From Patescibacteria group bacterium (lineage in GTDB: Bacteria; Patescibacteriota; Patescibacteriia; UBA10025; JAHIVO01), in assembly GCA_028718605.1 (NCBI GenBank), contig JAQULM010000002.1, positions 65,776 through 129,775 of the forward strand: 64,000 nt of DNA, in the 5' to 3' direction. Within the stretch, counting starts at the first letter, position 1. Every line of letters starts with the position of its first letter. A program made the position numbers and the translations under genes. This document shows, piece by piece, positions 13,231 to 22,975 of this stretch. The notes under the pieces are model-generated. The model was not told where the DNA came from. It worked only from the letters and a program-made list of their open reading frames with translations, and did not search any database.

Positions 13231-15468
13231 TTATTCAGCCGGTTCTTCGTTTGTCTGGCCAGTAGGATCAAGTTGCCCCTGCAATTCTGTCCGTTGGGCT
13301 GCGGCTTTACTGTCATCGGGATCAATGTCCAGCACCACATCAAGCTCCGCAATCGCTTCAGCGATTTTCCCCTGCGCTTCGTATGCGGAAGCGAGCTGCC
13401 GGTGGGCCTCTATAGAATTTGGCTGTGCCGAAATAACCTGCTGAAACGCGCGCACCGCCTTTTCGAAATCGCCTTTTACGCGATAGGCAAGCCCAATATT
13501 GAAATCTACCTCCACGAAGCCGTTTTTTAATTGTCCTGCATGGGAAAAGTCTGCAAGCGCCTGGTCAATAAGCCCCGTTGCCTCGCTCTCGCCGGTTTCA
13601 TCGCTGCCAGACTGTAGCCGGTACTGGCCGGCAAGCAACCGCGCCCGGCCAAGATTTAAGTGCACGAGTGGGCTTGTCGGTTCCAGCTCGGCTGCTTTCG
13701 AATACGCTTTAATCGACAATTCGTCGATATTCCCGATAAGGTTGCGCATGCTATTGTACAGCCGTGCCTGTTGTTCGTACACGACAGGGTCATCTGGAGC
13801 AATCGAAGAAGCGATCCTTAGTTCATCCAGTGTGCGCTGGGTGAGTGCTTGGACGTCTGCGGTAACCTCGTTTGCTTCGGCGGCCTCTAGCTGCGCCTTC
13901 GTGACGTAGCCTTGCGCCAAGCTGACATGGTATGAAGACTCGTGGGGATTCAGGGCGATCGCGCGTTCAAGGTTCTGGAGTATTGACCCGATCCCTTCCT
14001 GTTTCTCGATCCCGTCCTGGGCGCGCACATAGTACCTATCCGCAAGCACAATCCGTGTTCCGAAGAATATGGTTAGAACTGTACCCGTAAGAATAATACA
14101 AAGAAGGACTGTTCCTCCGACAGCAGCCCACGGAGACTTCTGGAACGAATACGACGCCTCGGGCATCCCGCGCCATAACAACGCACGTACGCCAAGTGCG
14201 AAAAGCAGCCACCAGGTAAATTGCAGCGTGAAACTAAATGGAACCATACAGCTCATCACCAGGAGTGCAAGCCAGGAACATACAAGCGAAACTCGTACCA
14301 CCCAGGACATTCCCGGCCGCTTCTCAGCACCGACCATACGCATCCCCCATGCCAAGTACCAGACCGCGATTGCACAGAGAGCGAGCGCCCCACCAAGCCC
14401 TACCCCCGTGCTCAAGCTAAACCACTCATTGGACGGTTTGATAAACCGCAGATTCCAGAGGGGCGTTTCATTGAACGAGACCGGCCGATAGCTAGCAAAA
14501 TCATACGTAAACGTCTGCGGACCAGAACCCCAGAACGGAGAATGTTTCATACTTTGCCATGTAATCTGGGCGGATGTACCCTGATCCAAAAGGACCGTAT
14601 CACTCACCGATGCGTAGAGTAATTTTGATGAATCAATAAAAATCCCGACAGTCGCAATAACAACGATACAGGTTGGGACAAAAACCCACCAGACCGGCAG
14701 TGCCTTTGAGCGTAGCGCAAGAACGCAGAGTAACACAAACGCCCCTACCATGAGGGCGTAGAGTGCTGCGTGTTTATCGAGGAGCATGACAACAGCAAGC
14801 ATAGGCACCAGAAGACCACCGATGCACAACCGCTGCCATAATTTAGTATGGAAGAACAGCATGCCGGTGCCGAGGATAATTCCGAGTGCCGAAATAAGCG
14901 CCGGAGCAGTCGAAGAGTGGGCGATCAGATTAAAACTGTAATCGTGGGTAAATTGCCATGGGAGTATATACACCTCATACGCCTGAAAAATTGTGAATAC
15001 CGCAGCGAGAGCTATAGAAGCAAGCAAGCCCCATAGAAAGCGGAGGATATCAGCTTCGCGCCGAACGGTCTGAATGATTAAGTATGCAAAGATGATATAA
15101 CAGAGTGTTACGATAATACCAGAACTGAAATAGCCCCCAACTCCCACAGTGCTCACGTAGTAGCTCTGGGATGCAGCGAATGCGACGCAGAAAAAAATGA
15201 TAAAAACGACCATTAGCCGGTCGAATGGCGTCCGGAAATGGCTGCCACGGCGTGCGATTACCGCGCGAAGTAAATAGAGTGTAGCGGCTGCTAACACTGC
15301 TCCGGAAAATAGCATAACTTTCGGCAGCTCAACCTGGTACCGCAGCCCGGGGAGAAAAAACAACGGGAGGAGCACCACAATACCAAACAATCCCCAGTAG
15401 ACTCCATGGTCAAGTGCCCGTACGGTTCGCTCGCCATTCACCATTCCAAAAAAACGTCGAATTTCCAT
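13231..15468 (-). CDS. O-antigen ligase/oligosaccharyltransferase-like polytopic membrane protein with C-terminal TPRs
   Basis: About 12 TM segments, P.WGSGP.TF loop, TPR repeats. Confidence 0.75.
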   Translation of the reverse strand: MEIRRFFGMVNGERTVRALDHGVYWGLFGIVVLLPLFFLPGLRYQVELPKVMLFSGAVLAAATLYLLRAVIARRGSHFRTPFDRLMVVFIIFFCVAFAASQSYYVSTVGVGGYFSSGIIVTLCYIIFAYLIIQTVRREADILRFLWGLLASIALAAVFTIFQAYEVYILPWQFTHDYSFNLIAHSSTAPALISALGIILGTGMLFFHTKLWQRLCIGGLLVPMLAVVMLLDKHAALYALMVGAFVLLCVLALRSKALPVWWVFVPTCIVVIATVGIFIDSSKLLYASVSDTVLLDQGTSAQITWQSMKHSPFWGSGPQTFTYDFASYRPVSFNETPLWNLRFIKPSNEWFSLSTGVGLGGALALCAIAVWYLAWGMRMVGAEKRPGMSWVVRVSLVCSWLALLVMSCMVPFSFTLQFTWWLLFALGVRALLWRGMPEASYSFQKSPWAAVGGTVLLCIILTGTVLTIFFGTRIVLADRYYVRAQDGIEKQEGIGSILQNLERAIALNPHESSYHVSLAQGYVTKAQLEAAEANEVTADVQALTQRTLDELRIASSIAPDDPVVYEQQARLYNSMRNLIGNIDELSIKAYSKAAELEPTSPLVHLNLGRARLLAGQYRLQSGSDETGESEATGLIDQALADFSHAGQLKNGFVEVDFNIGLAYRVKGDFEKAVRAFQQVISAQPNSIEAHRQLASAYEAQGKIAEAIAELDVVLDIDPDDSKAAAQRTELQGQLDPTGQTNEEPAE

Positions 15469-15477
15469 ATACCTTTA

Positions 15478-16344
15478 TCATGAAACAATTTTTCGAATGA
15501 TCGCGCCAAGCTCCTCGGCCGAATAAAAGTGAACGGTAATGGTGCCGCGCTGCCCCTGCCGGCGTAATTCAACACGCGTTCCGAGCGCTTCCTCGAGATC
15601 CTGCTCGTGCTGGCGAAGATTCGGGTCTTTCTGCCCGCGCCGTGAACGCCGGCGCGCTCCTCCTGCATGGGCTTTGTCTTCAGTATCCCGCACTGTAAGC
15701 CCACCCGCGATAATCGACTTGAACAACCGGTCACGGTCTCCTGCGTCCTTGATTGCAAGCAGCGCTTTCGCATGGCCTTCTGTCAGGCCCCCCTCGGCGA
15801 TAGCGCGCTGGATTTCAGGAGAGAGCGTCAAGAGCCGCAATGTATTTGCAACGGTCGCCCTGTTCTGGCCTACCTTCTTCGCAACTGCCTCCTGTGTCAA
15901 AGTGAATTCCTCCATCAGGCGTTCATACCCGTACGCCTTCTCGATAGGATTTAAATTCTGGCGTTGTACGTTTTCAACGAGCGCAAGCTCCAATTTTTCC
16001 TGCTCGGATGCGCTCCTGACGATTGCCGGCACCGTCGTCAGACCAAGCATCTTTGCCGCTCGCAATCGGCGTTCACCCGCAATCAGCTCATACCCATCCT
16101 TAAGCTTAATCACGATGAGCGGCTGGATAATGCCGTGCTCTTTGATGGAACCAATAAGATCTTCGAGTGACGGACGGTCAAAGTGTTGCCGCGGCTGTTG
16201 TGGATTCGGTTGGATAGCGCCGATTGGAATATGGAGGACGGAGTCACCGCTTACTTCCGATGATTGTTGAATGCTCGAACCGCTGGACGGCAGCTTCTGA
16301 GGTATCAACGAACCTAATCCCCTCCCAAGTGTGCTTTTTACCAT
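15478..16344 (-). CDS. parB: Chromosome partitioning protein ParB
   Basis: LGRGLGSLI, PNPQQPR, IAGERRLRA, ENVQRQNL and HTH. Confidence 0.96.
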   Translation of the reverse strand: MVKSTLGRGLGSLIPQKLPSSGSSIQQSSEVSGDSVLHIPIGAIQPNPQQPRQHFDRPSLEDLIGSIKEHGIIQPLIVIKLKDGYELIAGERRLRAAKMLGLTTVPAIVRSASEQEKLELALVENVQRQNLNPIEKAYGYERLMEEFTLTQEAVAKKVGQNRATVANTLRLLTLSPEIQRAIAEGGLTEGHAKALLAIKDAGDRDRLFKSIIAGGLTVRDTEDKAHAGGARRRSRRGQKDPNLRQHEQDLEEALGTRVELRRQGQRGTITVHFYSAEELGAIIRKIVS

Positions 16345-16367
16345 ACATGTACAATAATTATTGCTTT

Positions 16368-17141
<774 letters not shown>

Positions 17142-17179
17142 AGGTCGATAGGTAATGGATACAGTATATCAGAAAATCA

Positions 17180-17208
17180 TTGACAAAAACAGCATTTTTC
17201 CATACAAT
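17180..17208 (+). promoter_or_regulatory. Sigma70 promoter of the tRNA cluster
   Basis: TTGACA-17-TACAAT. Confidence 0.75.
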
Positions 17209-17227
17209 CGTACACACACCAACACGC

Positions 17228-17288
17228 GCCGGGATGGCGGAATTGGTAGACGCACAGGACCTGCCTGCCGGCAGGCAGGCTCAAAATC
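17228..17288 (+). pseudogene. 5'-half duplicate of tRNA-Leu(CAA) interrupted by a 20-bp palindrome
   Basis: Identical to 17543-17583 once CCTGCCTGCCGGCAGGCAGG (17260-17279) is removed. Confidence 0.9.
17260..17279. repeat. Perfect 20-bp palindrome CCTGCCTGCCGGCAGGCAGG
   Basis: Self-reverse-complementary; inserted at GGA|CTC with no target duplication. Confidence 0.95.
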
Positions 17289-17302
17289 GCCTCGTGATGC
17301 AT

Positions 17303-17542
17303 ATGACAACCGTGTACGCTATAAAAAGCAGACTTAGAAACTATATCTATGTTGGCATGACGGGCAATCTCAACGACAGACTCACCCAGCACGCACGGGG
17401 GTACAGTAAAACAACAAAACCATATCGACCATTTAGATTGATATATTCTAAGGTATTCCGTACGCGTTTCGAGGCGCGGGCGGAAGAAAAACGCCTTAAA
17501 AGTGGTATCGGCAAAGAGTGGTTACGTTCGCTGCAATCATGA
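17303..17542 (+). CDS. Small stand-alone GIY-YIG endonuclease (79 aa)
   Basis: VYAI..IYVGMT....RL.QH....TTK.YRP..A...EKRLKS; stop codon abuts tRNA-Leu. Confidence 0.92.
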   Translation: MTTVYAIKSRLRNYIYVGMTGNLNDRLTQHARGYSKTTKPYRPFRLIYSKVFRTRFEARAEEKRLKSGIGKEWLRSLQS

Positions 17543-17629
17543 GCCGGGATGGCGGAATTGGTAGACGCACAGGACTCAAAATCCTGCGATGGCAACATCA
17601 TGAGAGTTCGATTCTCTCTCCCGGCACCA
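17543..17629 (+). tRNA. tRNA-Leu(CAA)
   Basis: GCCGGGA/TCCCGGC acceptor, CAGGA-CTCAAAA-TCCTG, long variable arm, TTCGA, encoded CCA. Confidence 0.97.
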
Positions 17630-17687
17630 ACGCACTTGCGCAGAAACGCACAGTCGTATATACTAGCATGGACTCTTACTTTCTTCG

Positions 17688-17776
17688 CCGAGTCCGCCCA
17701 TGGGTGGACGAGGAAATGAGCAATGCACGAAGGGTGAAGTCCGCCCATGGGCGGACGGAACCCGAAGTGCCATTGC
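17688..17776 (+). repeat. Two-hairpin GA-loop motif, copy 1
   Basis: CCGA-stem-GAGGAAATGAG followed by stem-GAA-GGGT-GAA-stem..GGA-ACCC-GAA-stem; contains GTCCGCCCATGGGYGGAC twice. Confidence 0.75.
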
Positions 17777-17781
17777 AACGC

Positions 17782-17856
17782 CGCCGGGTAGAGCAGTGGC
17801 AGCTCGCGGGGCTCATAATCCCGAGGTCGGGGGTTCGAATCCCCCCCCGGCAACCA
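17782..17856 (+). tRNA. Initiator tRNA-fMet(CAT)
   Basis: C1:A72 mismatch, G-rich anticodon stem, CTCATAA loop, encoded CCA. Confidence 0.95.
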
Positions 17857-17905
17857 CGCCAGCGTTTGCCTAAAGCAGACAAGGGCGAGACCAAAATATT
17901 TACAT

Positions 17906-18001
17906 CCGAGCTGAATCAGCGATTCAGCGAGGAAAGGAGAAACGGCATGGAGGGCGGAGTTTTCGATTGACGGATCGGAAACGGAGCCCGGAGCGCCGTT
18001 T
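17906..18001 (+). repeat. Two-hairpin GA-loop motif, copy 2
   Basis: CCGA-stem-GAGGAAAGGAG followed by stem-GGA-GGGC-GGA-stem..GGA-GCCC-GGA-stem; stem sequences differ from copy 1. Confidence 0.7.
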
Positions 18002-18007
18002 GGACGC

Positions 18008-18081
18008 GCCAGGGTAGCTCAGCTGGTTAGAGCGTGGGACTCATAAGCCCAAGGTCGTGGGTTCGATCCCCACCCCTGGTA
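18008..18081 (+). tRNA. tRNA with CAT anticodon (elongator Met or Ile2), no encoded CCA
   Basis: GCCAGGG/CCCTGGT acceptor, GCTC/GAGC D stem, CTCATAA, GTGGG-TTCGATC-CCCAC. Confidence 0.92.
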
Positions 18082-18117
18082 CGGTCAGGTGGGCAGCTGC
18101 TTGTATCGGATTTCAAT

Positions 18118-18660
18118 ATGTACGCAACGACACACGTCCTGGCAGGGATCGTCATAAGCCAACACACTCCCAATATATGGTGGGCGTTCTTCCTGTCCCT
18201 ACTGTCGCACTATGCGCTTGATTTTATCCCGCACGGCGACCGCCCCGTTGAACGGTGGATCAAGCGTGGCCCGCATCTCGCCCGCTCGATTACCGTACTC
18301 TCGATCGATTTTGCACTGCTCATGGTCATTCTCGCGACTACCTATCACCAGTTAAAGCTCCCGGCTCCCTCAGTCCTCACCGCAGCGCTCATCGGAAGCC
18401 TGCTCCCGGATTTCCTCTGGATTGTCTACGACCTCTACGTGCGCCACATGAAAAAACATCGTCTGTTCAGCCCGCTCTTCAAGCGGTGGTACACAAGGAT
18501 TCTTATTACCTACATTGAACCGACGCTCAACCACCACAAACGGATCCACAGCTACATCGACAGTGTGCTCAATACCCATCATTTCCCCGCACTTATTGGC
18601 ACGATAATTCAAATCACCTTCGCGGGGGTATTTGCCCTTTTAGCTGTGTATTTCTGGTGA
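18118..18660 (+). CDS. Membrane protein, metal-dependent hydrolase-like
   Basis: TH..AG, SHY.LD.IPH, LLPD and a later H..IH; hydrophobic segments. Confidence 0.65.
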   Translation: MYATTHVLAGIVISQHTPNIWWAFFLSLLSHYALDFIPHGDRPVERWIKRGPHLARSITVLSIDFALLMVILATTYHQLKLPAPSVLTAALIGSLLPDFLWIVYDLYVRHMKKHRLFSPLFKRWYTRILITYIEPTLNHHKRIHSYIDSVLNTHHFPALIGTIIQITFAGVFALLAVYFW

Positions 18661-19440
18661 TCGCTTCCGCAAACGTAACGCGAAGAGCAACCCGGCTCCC
18701 AACAACAACGCTATACATAACCATTGGGTAAGGAGCAACGGCCCGGCAGAGAACATCCCGATCCGTAAAAAATCGAGGCAAAATCGGATACTGGAAAACA
18801 GCATGATATAGATAAGTGTCAGGCTGCCAGTTTGAAGTGCACGGAATCGATACAACGCGCCAATGATCCCGAACACCACCAGCATGAAAAGCGACTCATA
18901 CAGGAAAAGCGGATGGTAATATTCGACAGTAAAATAACCGGGAAGACGGTGTGCCATATCGATCGGTATGCCCCACGCTGCATCTGTCGGTGTTCCGTAT
19001 AATTCTTGGTTGAAGTAGTTCCCCCACCGGCCGATTGCTTGCATGAGCGGCAAGGAAACCACGATAACGTCAGTGATAAGCCAGAACGACAAACGCTTCA
19101 TTCTCGCGTAGACCGCAGTTGCAATCAGGCATGCAAACAAAACTCCATGAAACGCAAGCCCCCCGTCCCAGATGCGCACCATTGTCTCGGGATGCGCCGA
19201 GTAGTATTGCCATTCGCCGATGATATGGCCGATCCTGCCGCCGATCACCCCGGCGAATGCAAGCAGAAAAAACAGGTTGTAGATATGGTACTCTCGAACC
19301 TGTTTTTTCCGTGCTATTGAAAGTGTGATAATGAACCCGACGAGCACCGCGACTGCCATGATAACCCCGTACCAGTAAACAACCACTGATCCCAGTGTCA
19401 ATGCAATTGCGTCCGGATGTGCTGTATGGAGGACGTTCAT
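18640..19440 (-). CDS. lgt: Prolipoprotein diacylglyceryl transferase
   Basis: WYG, GGRIG, IWDGGLAFHG, QAIGRWGNYFNQELYG, HP.FLYE. Confidence 0.96.
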   Translation of the reverse strand: MNVLHTAHPDAIALTLGSVVVYWYGVIMAVAVLVGFIITLSIARKKQVREYHIYNLFFLLAFAGVIGGRIGHIIGEWQYYSAHPETMVRIWDGGLAFHGVLFACLIATAVYARMKRLSFWLITDVIVVSLPLMQAIGRWGNYFNQELYGTPTDAAWGIPIDMAHRLPGYFTVEYYHPLFLYESLFMLVVFGIIGALYRFRALQTGSLTLIYIMLFSSIRFCLDFLRIGMFSAGPLLLTQWLCIALLLGAGLLFALRLRKRSPEIHS

Positions 19441-19463
19441 GGATTGAACGCCGGATGCGCTAC

Positions 19464-20237
19464 TTAGTCCTGCTCAAGCGCGAGGTCCACGACAGCCTTG
19501 AAATACGCGTACGGCCGTGCGCCCGAAACCAACCGTCCGTTCACAAACGTTGCGGGGGTGCCGTTGACGCCGAGGGCTGCTCCTGCAGTAATACTATCCT
19601 CAACCTTAGTCGTATATTTGCCATCATCAAGACATTTGTTGAATGTCGCCGTATTCAGCCCTAAATCCTTCGCATAGGTCTTCAAATTGTCGACCGCCAA
19701 CGCATCCTGGTTTTCGAACATCTTGTCATGCATTTCCCAGAACTTTCCCTGGTCAGCGGCGCATTCTGATGCTTCAGCTGCTTTCTGGGCGTTATCATGC
19801 AATGAGGTGAGGGGGAAGTGCCGGTATATGAGCTCAACCTGGCCAGCATAGTCTTCCATCAATTGATCAATTGACGCCAAAACTCTGCTGCAATATGGGC
19901 ATTCGAAATCTGAATACTGGACAATGGTAATGGGAGCGTCTTTCGTGCCGGTTGTATGGTCTGTGTCGGCCACCGCAACATCCACCTTGGTAAGTGAAGC
20001 GGCATATTCTTCGGGAGTCGGCTCAGTATTCGTATTAGCCGCCGCCGTGTTCGTAGTATTTGTGGTGGCAACTGAATTGTTCGTATTCGTCACGTCAGAC
20101 TTGAGAAGCGAGAATGTCAATAAAAATGCAGTCAGCGATGCTACCGTAATACCCACGAGGATGCCCATGGTGAATGCCATTTTGGGCGGTGTCCGGAAAA
20201 CAACTTTATCGTCCCCCTTGTTGAATTCATTTTGCAT
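19464..20237 (-). CDS. DsbA-family thioredoxin-fold oxidoreductase
   Basis: SDFECPYC, RHFPL, GTPATFVNG, N-terminal TM. Confidence 0.92.
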   Translation of the reverse strand: MQNEFNKGDDKVVFRTPPKMAFTMGILVGITVASLTAFLLTFSLLKSDVTNTNNSVATTNTTNTAAANTNTEPTPEEYAASLTKVDVAVADTDHTTGTKDAPITIVQYSDFECPYCSRVLASIDQLMEDYAGQVELIYRHFPLTSLHDNAQKAAEASECAADQGKFWEMHDKMFENQDALAVDNLKTYAKDLGLNTATFNKCLDDGKYTTKVEDSITAGAALGVNGTPATFVNGRLVSGARPYAYFKAVVDLALEQD

Positions 20238-20311
20238 GATCGTATACCTTTCGTTCTTATTAATTAATTTTAATTATTTGTGTATCAATGATAACAAACA
20301 CAAAGAGCATG

Positions 20312-21019
20312 TCAAGGACTGACGGTATTCGAAGAGGCATAAATCGAGAGGAGTTGGTCGATTATCGTTTGAAATTCTGCAAACGTGACGGTACCCTGGA
20401 ACTTACGGCCGTTGATAAAGAACGTTGGCGTACTGGTCGCGCCGACGATATACCCATCAGCGAAGTCCGCCTGTACCTCATCAGCGTACTTCCCCGAGTC
20501 GAGGCATTCGGAAAAACGATTGAAATCAAGGCCAATTTGAGTTGCGAAATTTTTATAGGCAGTTACTGAGAGATCGACCTGGTTCTGAAAAAGCTTATCG
20601 TGCATCTCCCAGAAGCGGCCCTGCTCGTGAGCACATTCAGCGGCTTCCGAAGCTTTAATGTGGGCTTCGGCAGTCGGCAGGTCACGATAAATTATCTTGA
20701 TGTCATCCCCATACACCGAGGCGAGCTCACGAATGACCGGGAATGCCTGGTTGCAGTACGGGCAAAAAAAGTCGGCAAACTCAACAATGACAACCTGGGC
20801 GTTTTCCCCCCCCATGTACGGATCATCGGCCGATTGAATGATCTTCTGTGCTACCGAGCCTGTCACGCCGCCATTCACATTGTTAATGTTCTGCCTCACA
20901 AGGACGTAAAAATATACCGCGAACGAAGCGACGCACAGGAAAATGAAACCAAACCCAACGAGCCACCATTTCCACATGGCCCGCTTCTTCACTGGCTTAC
21001 TCGACTCCATTGGTTCCAT
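20312..21019 (-). CDS. DsbA-family thioredoxin-fold oxidoreductase
   Basis: DFFCPYC, STPTFFING, N-terminal TM; paralog of its neighbour. Confidence 0.92.
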   Translation of the reverse strand: MEPMESSKPVKKRAMWKWWLVGFGFIFLCVASFAVYFYVLVRQNINNVNGGVTGSVAQKIIQSADDPYMGGENAQVVIVEFADFFCPYCNQAFPVIRELASVYGDDIKIIYRDLPTAEAHIKASEAAECAHEQGRFWEMHDKLFQNQVDLSVTAYKNFATQIGLDFNRFSECLDSGKYADEVQADFADGYIVGATSTPTFFINGRKFQGTVTFAEFQTIIDQLLSIYASSNTVSP

Positions 21020-21043
21020 ATAATGCCGATTGGCTTGCGTTTA

Positions 21044-21253
21044 CTACGGAAACAGGCGTTTGTCACTATCGTCATAGATTTCGATTGCCTGTGTTGGGCA
21101 TGATTTTGCCGCATCCATAATGGTTTGCTCGTCAGCGCCAGTCGGGTTTTTCAATACGACCTTGCCCTCTGCGTCGAGCTCAAAAACATCAGGGGCAATA
21201 GCAACACACGAGCCCGCCGAAATGCACTTATCCCGAATCAATTTAATCTTCAT
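21044..21253 (-). CDS. Single-cluster ferredoxin (likely 3Fe-4S)
   Basis: CISAGSC..APDVF..CPTQAI; the second Cys is replaced by Ala. Confidence 0.9.
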   Translation of the reverse strand: MKIKLIRDKCISAGSCVAIAPDVFELDAEGKVVLKNPTGADEQTIMDAAKSCPTQAIEIYDDSDKRLFP

Positions 21254-21355
21254 ACGTACCGTGGTTAATGGTAAATAGTATGCAGACTGTATTATAGCAC
21301 GCCCGCGTGAACACGTCATGAATGGGGCGCCACCAGTAAACCAACAGCCCCTTTT

Positions 21356-21853
21356 TTACTGCCCTCCATTGCGCTTACCGAGCTTTGCATCAAGCATATA
21401 GAGGGCATGGGTCTGGTTGCCGATCTGATCCAGTCTTTCAGCAATTTCGAGAGTGCTTGCCTCTTCCTCAACCTGCTCCTTGATAAACCAGTGCAATAAC
21501 TCCTCAAATGCATAGTCTTTTTGGGCATGCGCGAGTTCATACAGCTGGTTGATTTTTTCGGTAATGTACTGCTCATGTTCATAGGCGAGTCTGAACGCTT
21601 TGTTTGCCGGGGGTAACTGTGTGGGTGGTTGCTTGATTGTCTTCAATGACACGGTACCTGCACGAGCGATCATGAAATTGTAAAACTTCATCGCATGTTC
21701 AATCTCTTCTTTGGCTTGGGCTTCGAGCCATGTGCCAATCCCCTTCAGGTTGAATGCGTGATAGTGCGCAGCAAGGGCGAGGTACAAATATGCGGAGTAG
21801 AGCTCTTCGTTGATCTGGTCATTGATTGCGTCTTGGATTTTTTTTGAAATCAT
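21356..21853 (-). CDS. ftnA: Non-heme ferritin
   Basis: QINEELYSAYLY, EE..HA, HEQ.IT..I, WF..EQVEEE. Confidence 0.93.
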   Translation of the reverse strand: MISKKIQDAINDQINEELYSAYLYLALAAHYHAFNLKGIGTWLEAQAKEEIEHAMKFYNFMIARAGTVSLKTIKQPPTQLPPANKAFRLAYEHEQYITEKINQLYELAHAQKDYAFEELLHWFIKEQVEEEASTLEIAERLDQIGNQTHALYMLDAKLGKRNGGQ

Positions 21854-21868
21854 AAAATTGAAGATTGA

Positions 21869-22492
21869 TTACTTACTCGTTAGTGCGGCTGATAACTTCT
21901 TAGTTACGGCATCCCAGTTGACGACGCTCCAGAATGCTTTGATATAATCAGGGCGCAGATTACGGTACTTCAAGTAATACGCATGTTCCCAAACATCGAG
22001 GGCCAGTATCGGTGTACGCCCCGATGACAGTGGGGTGTCCTGATTTGAAGTTTTCTCGACAGAGAGTGTGCCATCAGAAACCACAAGCCACGCCCACCCG
22101 GAGCCAAACTGCGTTGTTGCAGCTTCTTCAAACAGTTTTTTAAACTTTTCGAAAGTGCCGAAATCACGTTCAATCGCTTTCTTGAGATCTCCGGCCGGTT
22201 CGCCGCCGGCGTGTGGACCCATAATTTCCCAGAAAAGCGCGTGGTTGACGTGCCCTCCACCGTTGTTACGGACAGCGCCTCGAACATCTTCTGGGATTGT
22301 ATCAATCGTACGAAGAATTTCCTCCGGGCTTTTGGAATAAAACTCAGGGTATTTCTCAAGTGCTGCATTCAGTTTTGTCGTGTAAGCGACATGATGCTTG
22401 TCGTGGTGGACATGCATTGTTTCGGCATCGATGTACGGTTCAAGCGCGTCGTATTCATACGATAGATTGGGGGTTACAAATTGTTTTTTCAT
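21869..22492 (-). CDS. sodA: Mn/Fe superoxide dismutase
   Basis: [34 protein letters not shown]. Confidence 0.95.
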   Translation of the reverse strand: MKKQFVTPNLSYEYDALEPYIDAETMHVHHDKHHVAYTTKLNAALEKYPEFYSKSPEEILRTIDTIPEDVRGAVRNNGGGHVNHALFWEIMGPHAGGEPAGDLKKAIERDFGTFEKFKKLFEEAATTQFGSGWAWLVVSDGTLSVEKTSNQDTPLSSGRTPILALDVWEHAYYLKYRNLRPDYIKAFWSVVNWDAVTKKLSAALTSK

Positions 22493-22561
22493 AAATGTGC
22501 TGGAATTAAAAATTACCTTAGTATTTTTATACTAGCAAGTAACCAAAAAAGTGCAAAACGT

Positions 22562-22975
22562 TCATTTCGGATATCTGCTCGTTTTCCGGATCAATGGTTT
22601 TTCGATGCCGACCGCTGTCCGTAACGCTTCGAGCGCAAGCAGCGCGCATTTCTTACGGGCTGGAGTAATCGGAACGCCCATATCAGCTATAAAGTCTCCG
22701 TCAGTATATACCGCAAGCTCCTTGATGGTTTTTCCCTTCACGAATTCGGTCAACATAGATGCGCCTGCTCGCGTCAGGCTGCAGCCGGTGCCCTCAAACT
22801 TGACGCTCAATAGTTTTTTTTTCTTTCCGTCGAGCTTATATGCGATCACTATACGATCGCCGCACAATGGATTATCCCGCTCCGCGGAACCATCGGGGTG
22901 TCGCATAATACCCTTGTTACGCGGGTTTTTATAATGGTCCATGATAATTTCACGGTACAATATACTCTCTGTCAT
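22562..22975 (-). CDS. sufU: SufU/IscU-family Fe-S scaffold
   Basis: YREIIMDHYKNPRN, NPLCGD, GCS, RKKCALL. Confidence 0.9.
   Translation of the reverse strand: MTESILYREIIMDHYKNPRNKGIMRHPDGSAERDNPLCGDRIVIAYKLDGKKKKLLSVKFEGTGCSLTRAGASMLTEFVKGKTIKELAVYTDGDFIADMGVPITPARKKCALLALEALRTAVGIEKPLIRKTSRYPK

Noticed and set aside
17180-17302. N-terminal extension of the 120-aa ORF in the track
   Set aside because: Translates the promoter, tRNA half and palindrome; the likely start is ATG 17303.
17692-17756. Two near-identical 18-bp palindromes as a possible CRISPR
   Set aside because: Only two copies, too short, no cas genes; explained by the hairpin motif.
17518-17970. 150-aa and 168-aa ORFs across the tRNA cluster
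   Set aside because: They overlap tRNA genes and hairpins and show no protein motif.
17947-17970. 7-codon ORF MEGGVFD with AAGGAG upstream
   Set aside because: Lies in the hairpin motif, is not conserved in copy 1, and has no terminator or codon enrichment.
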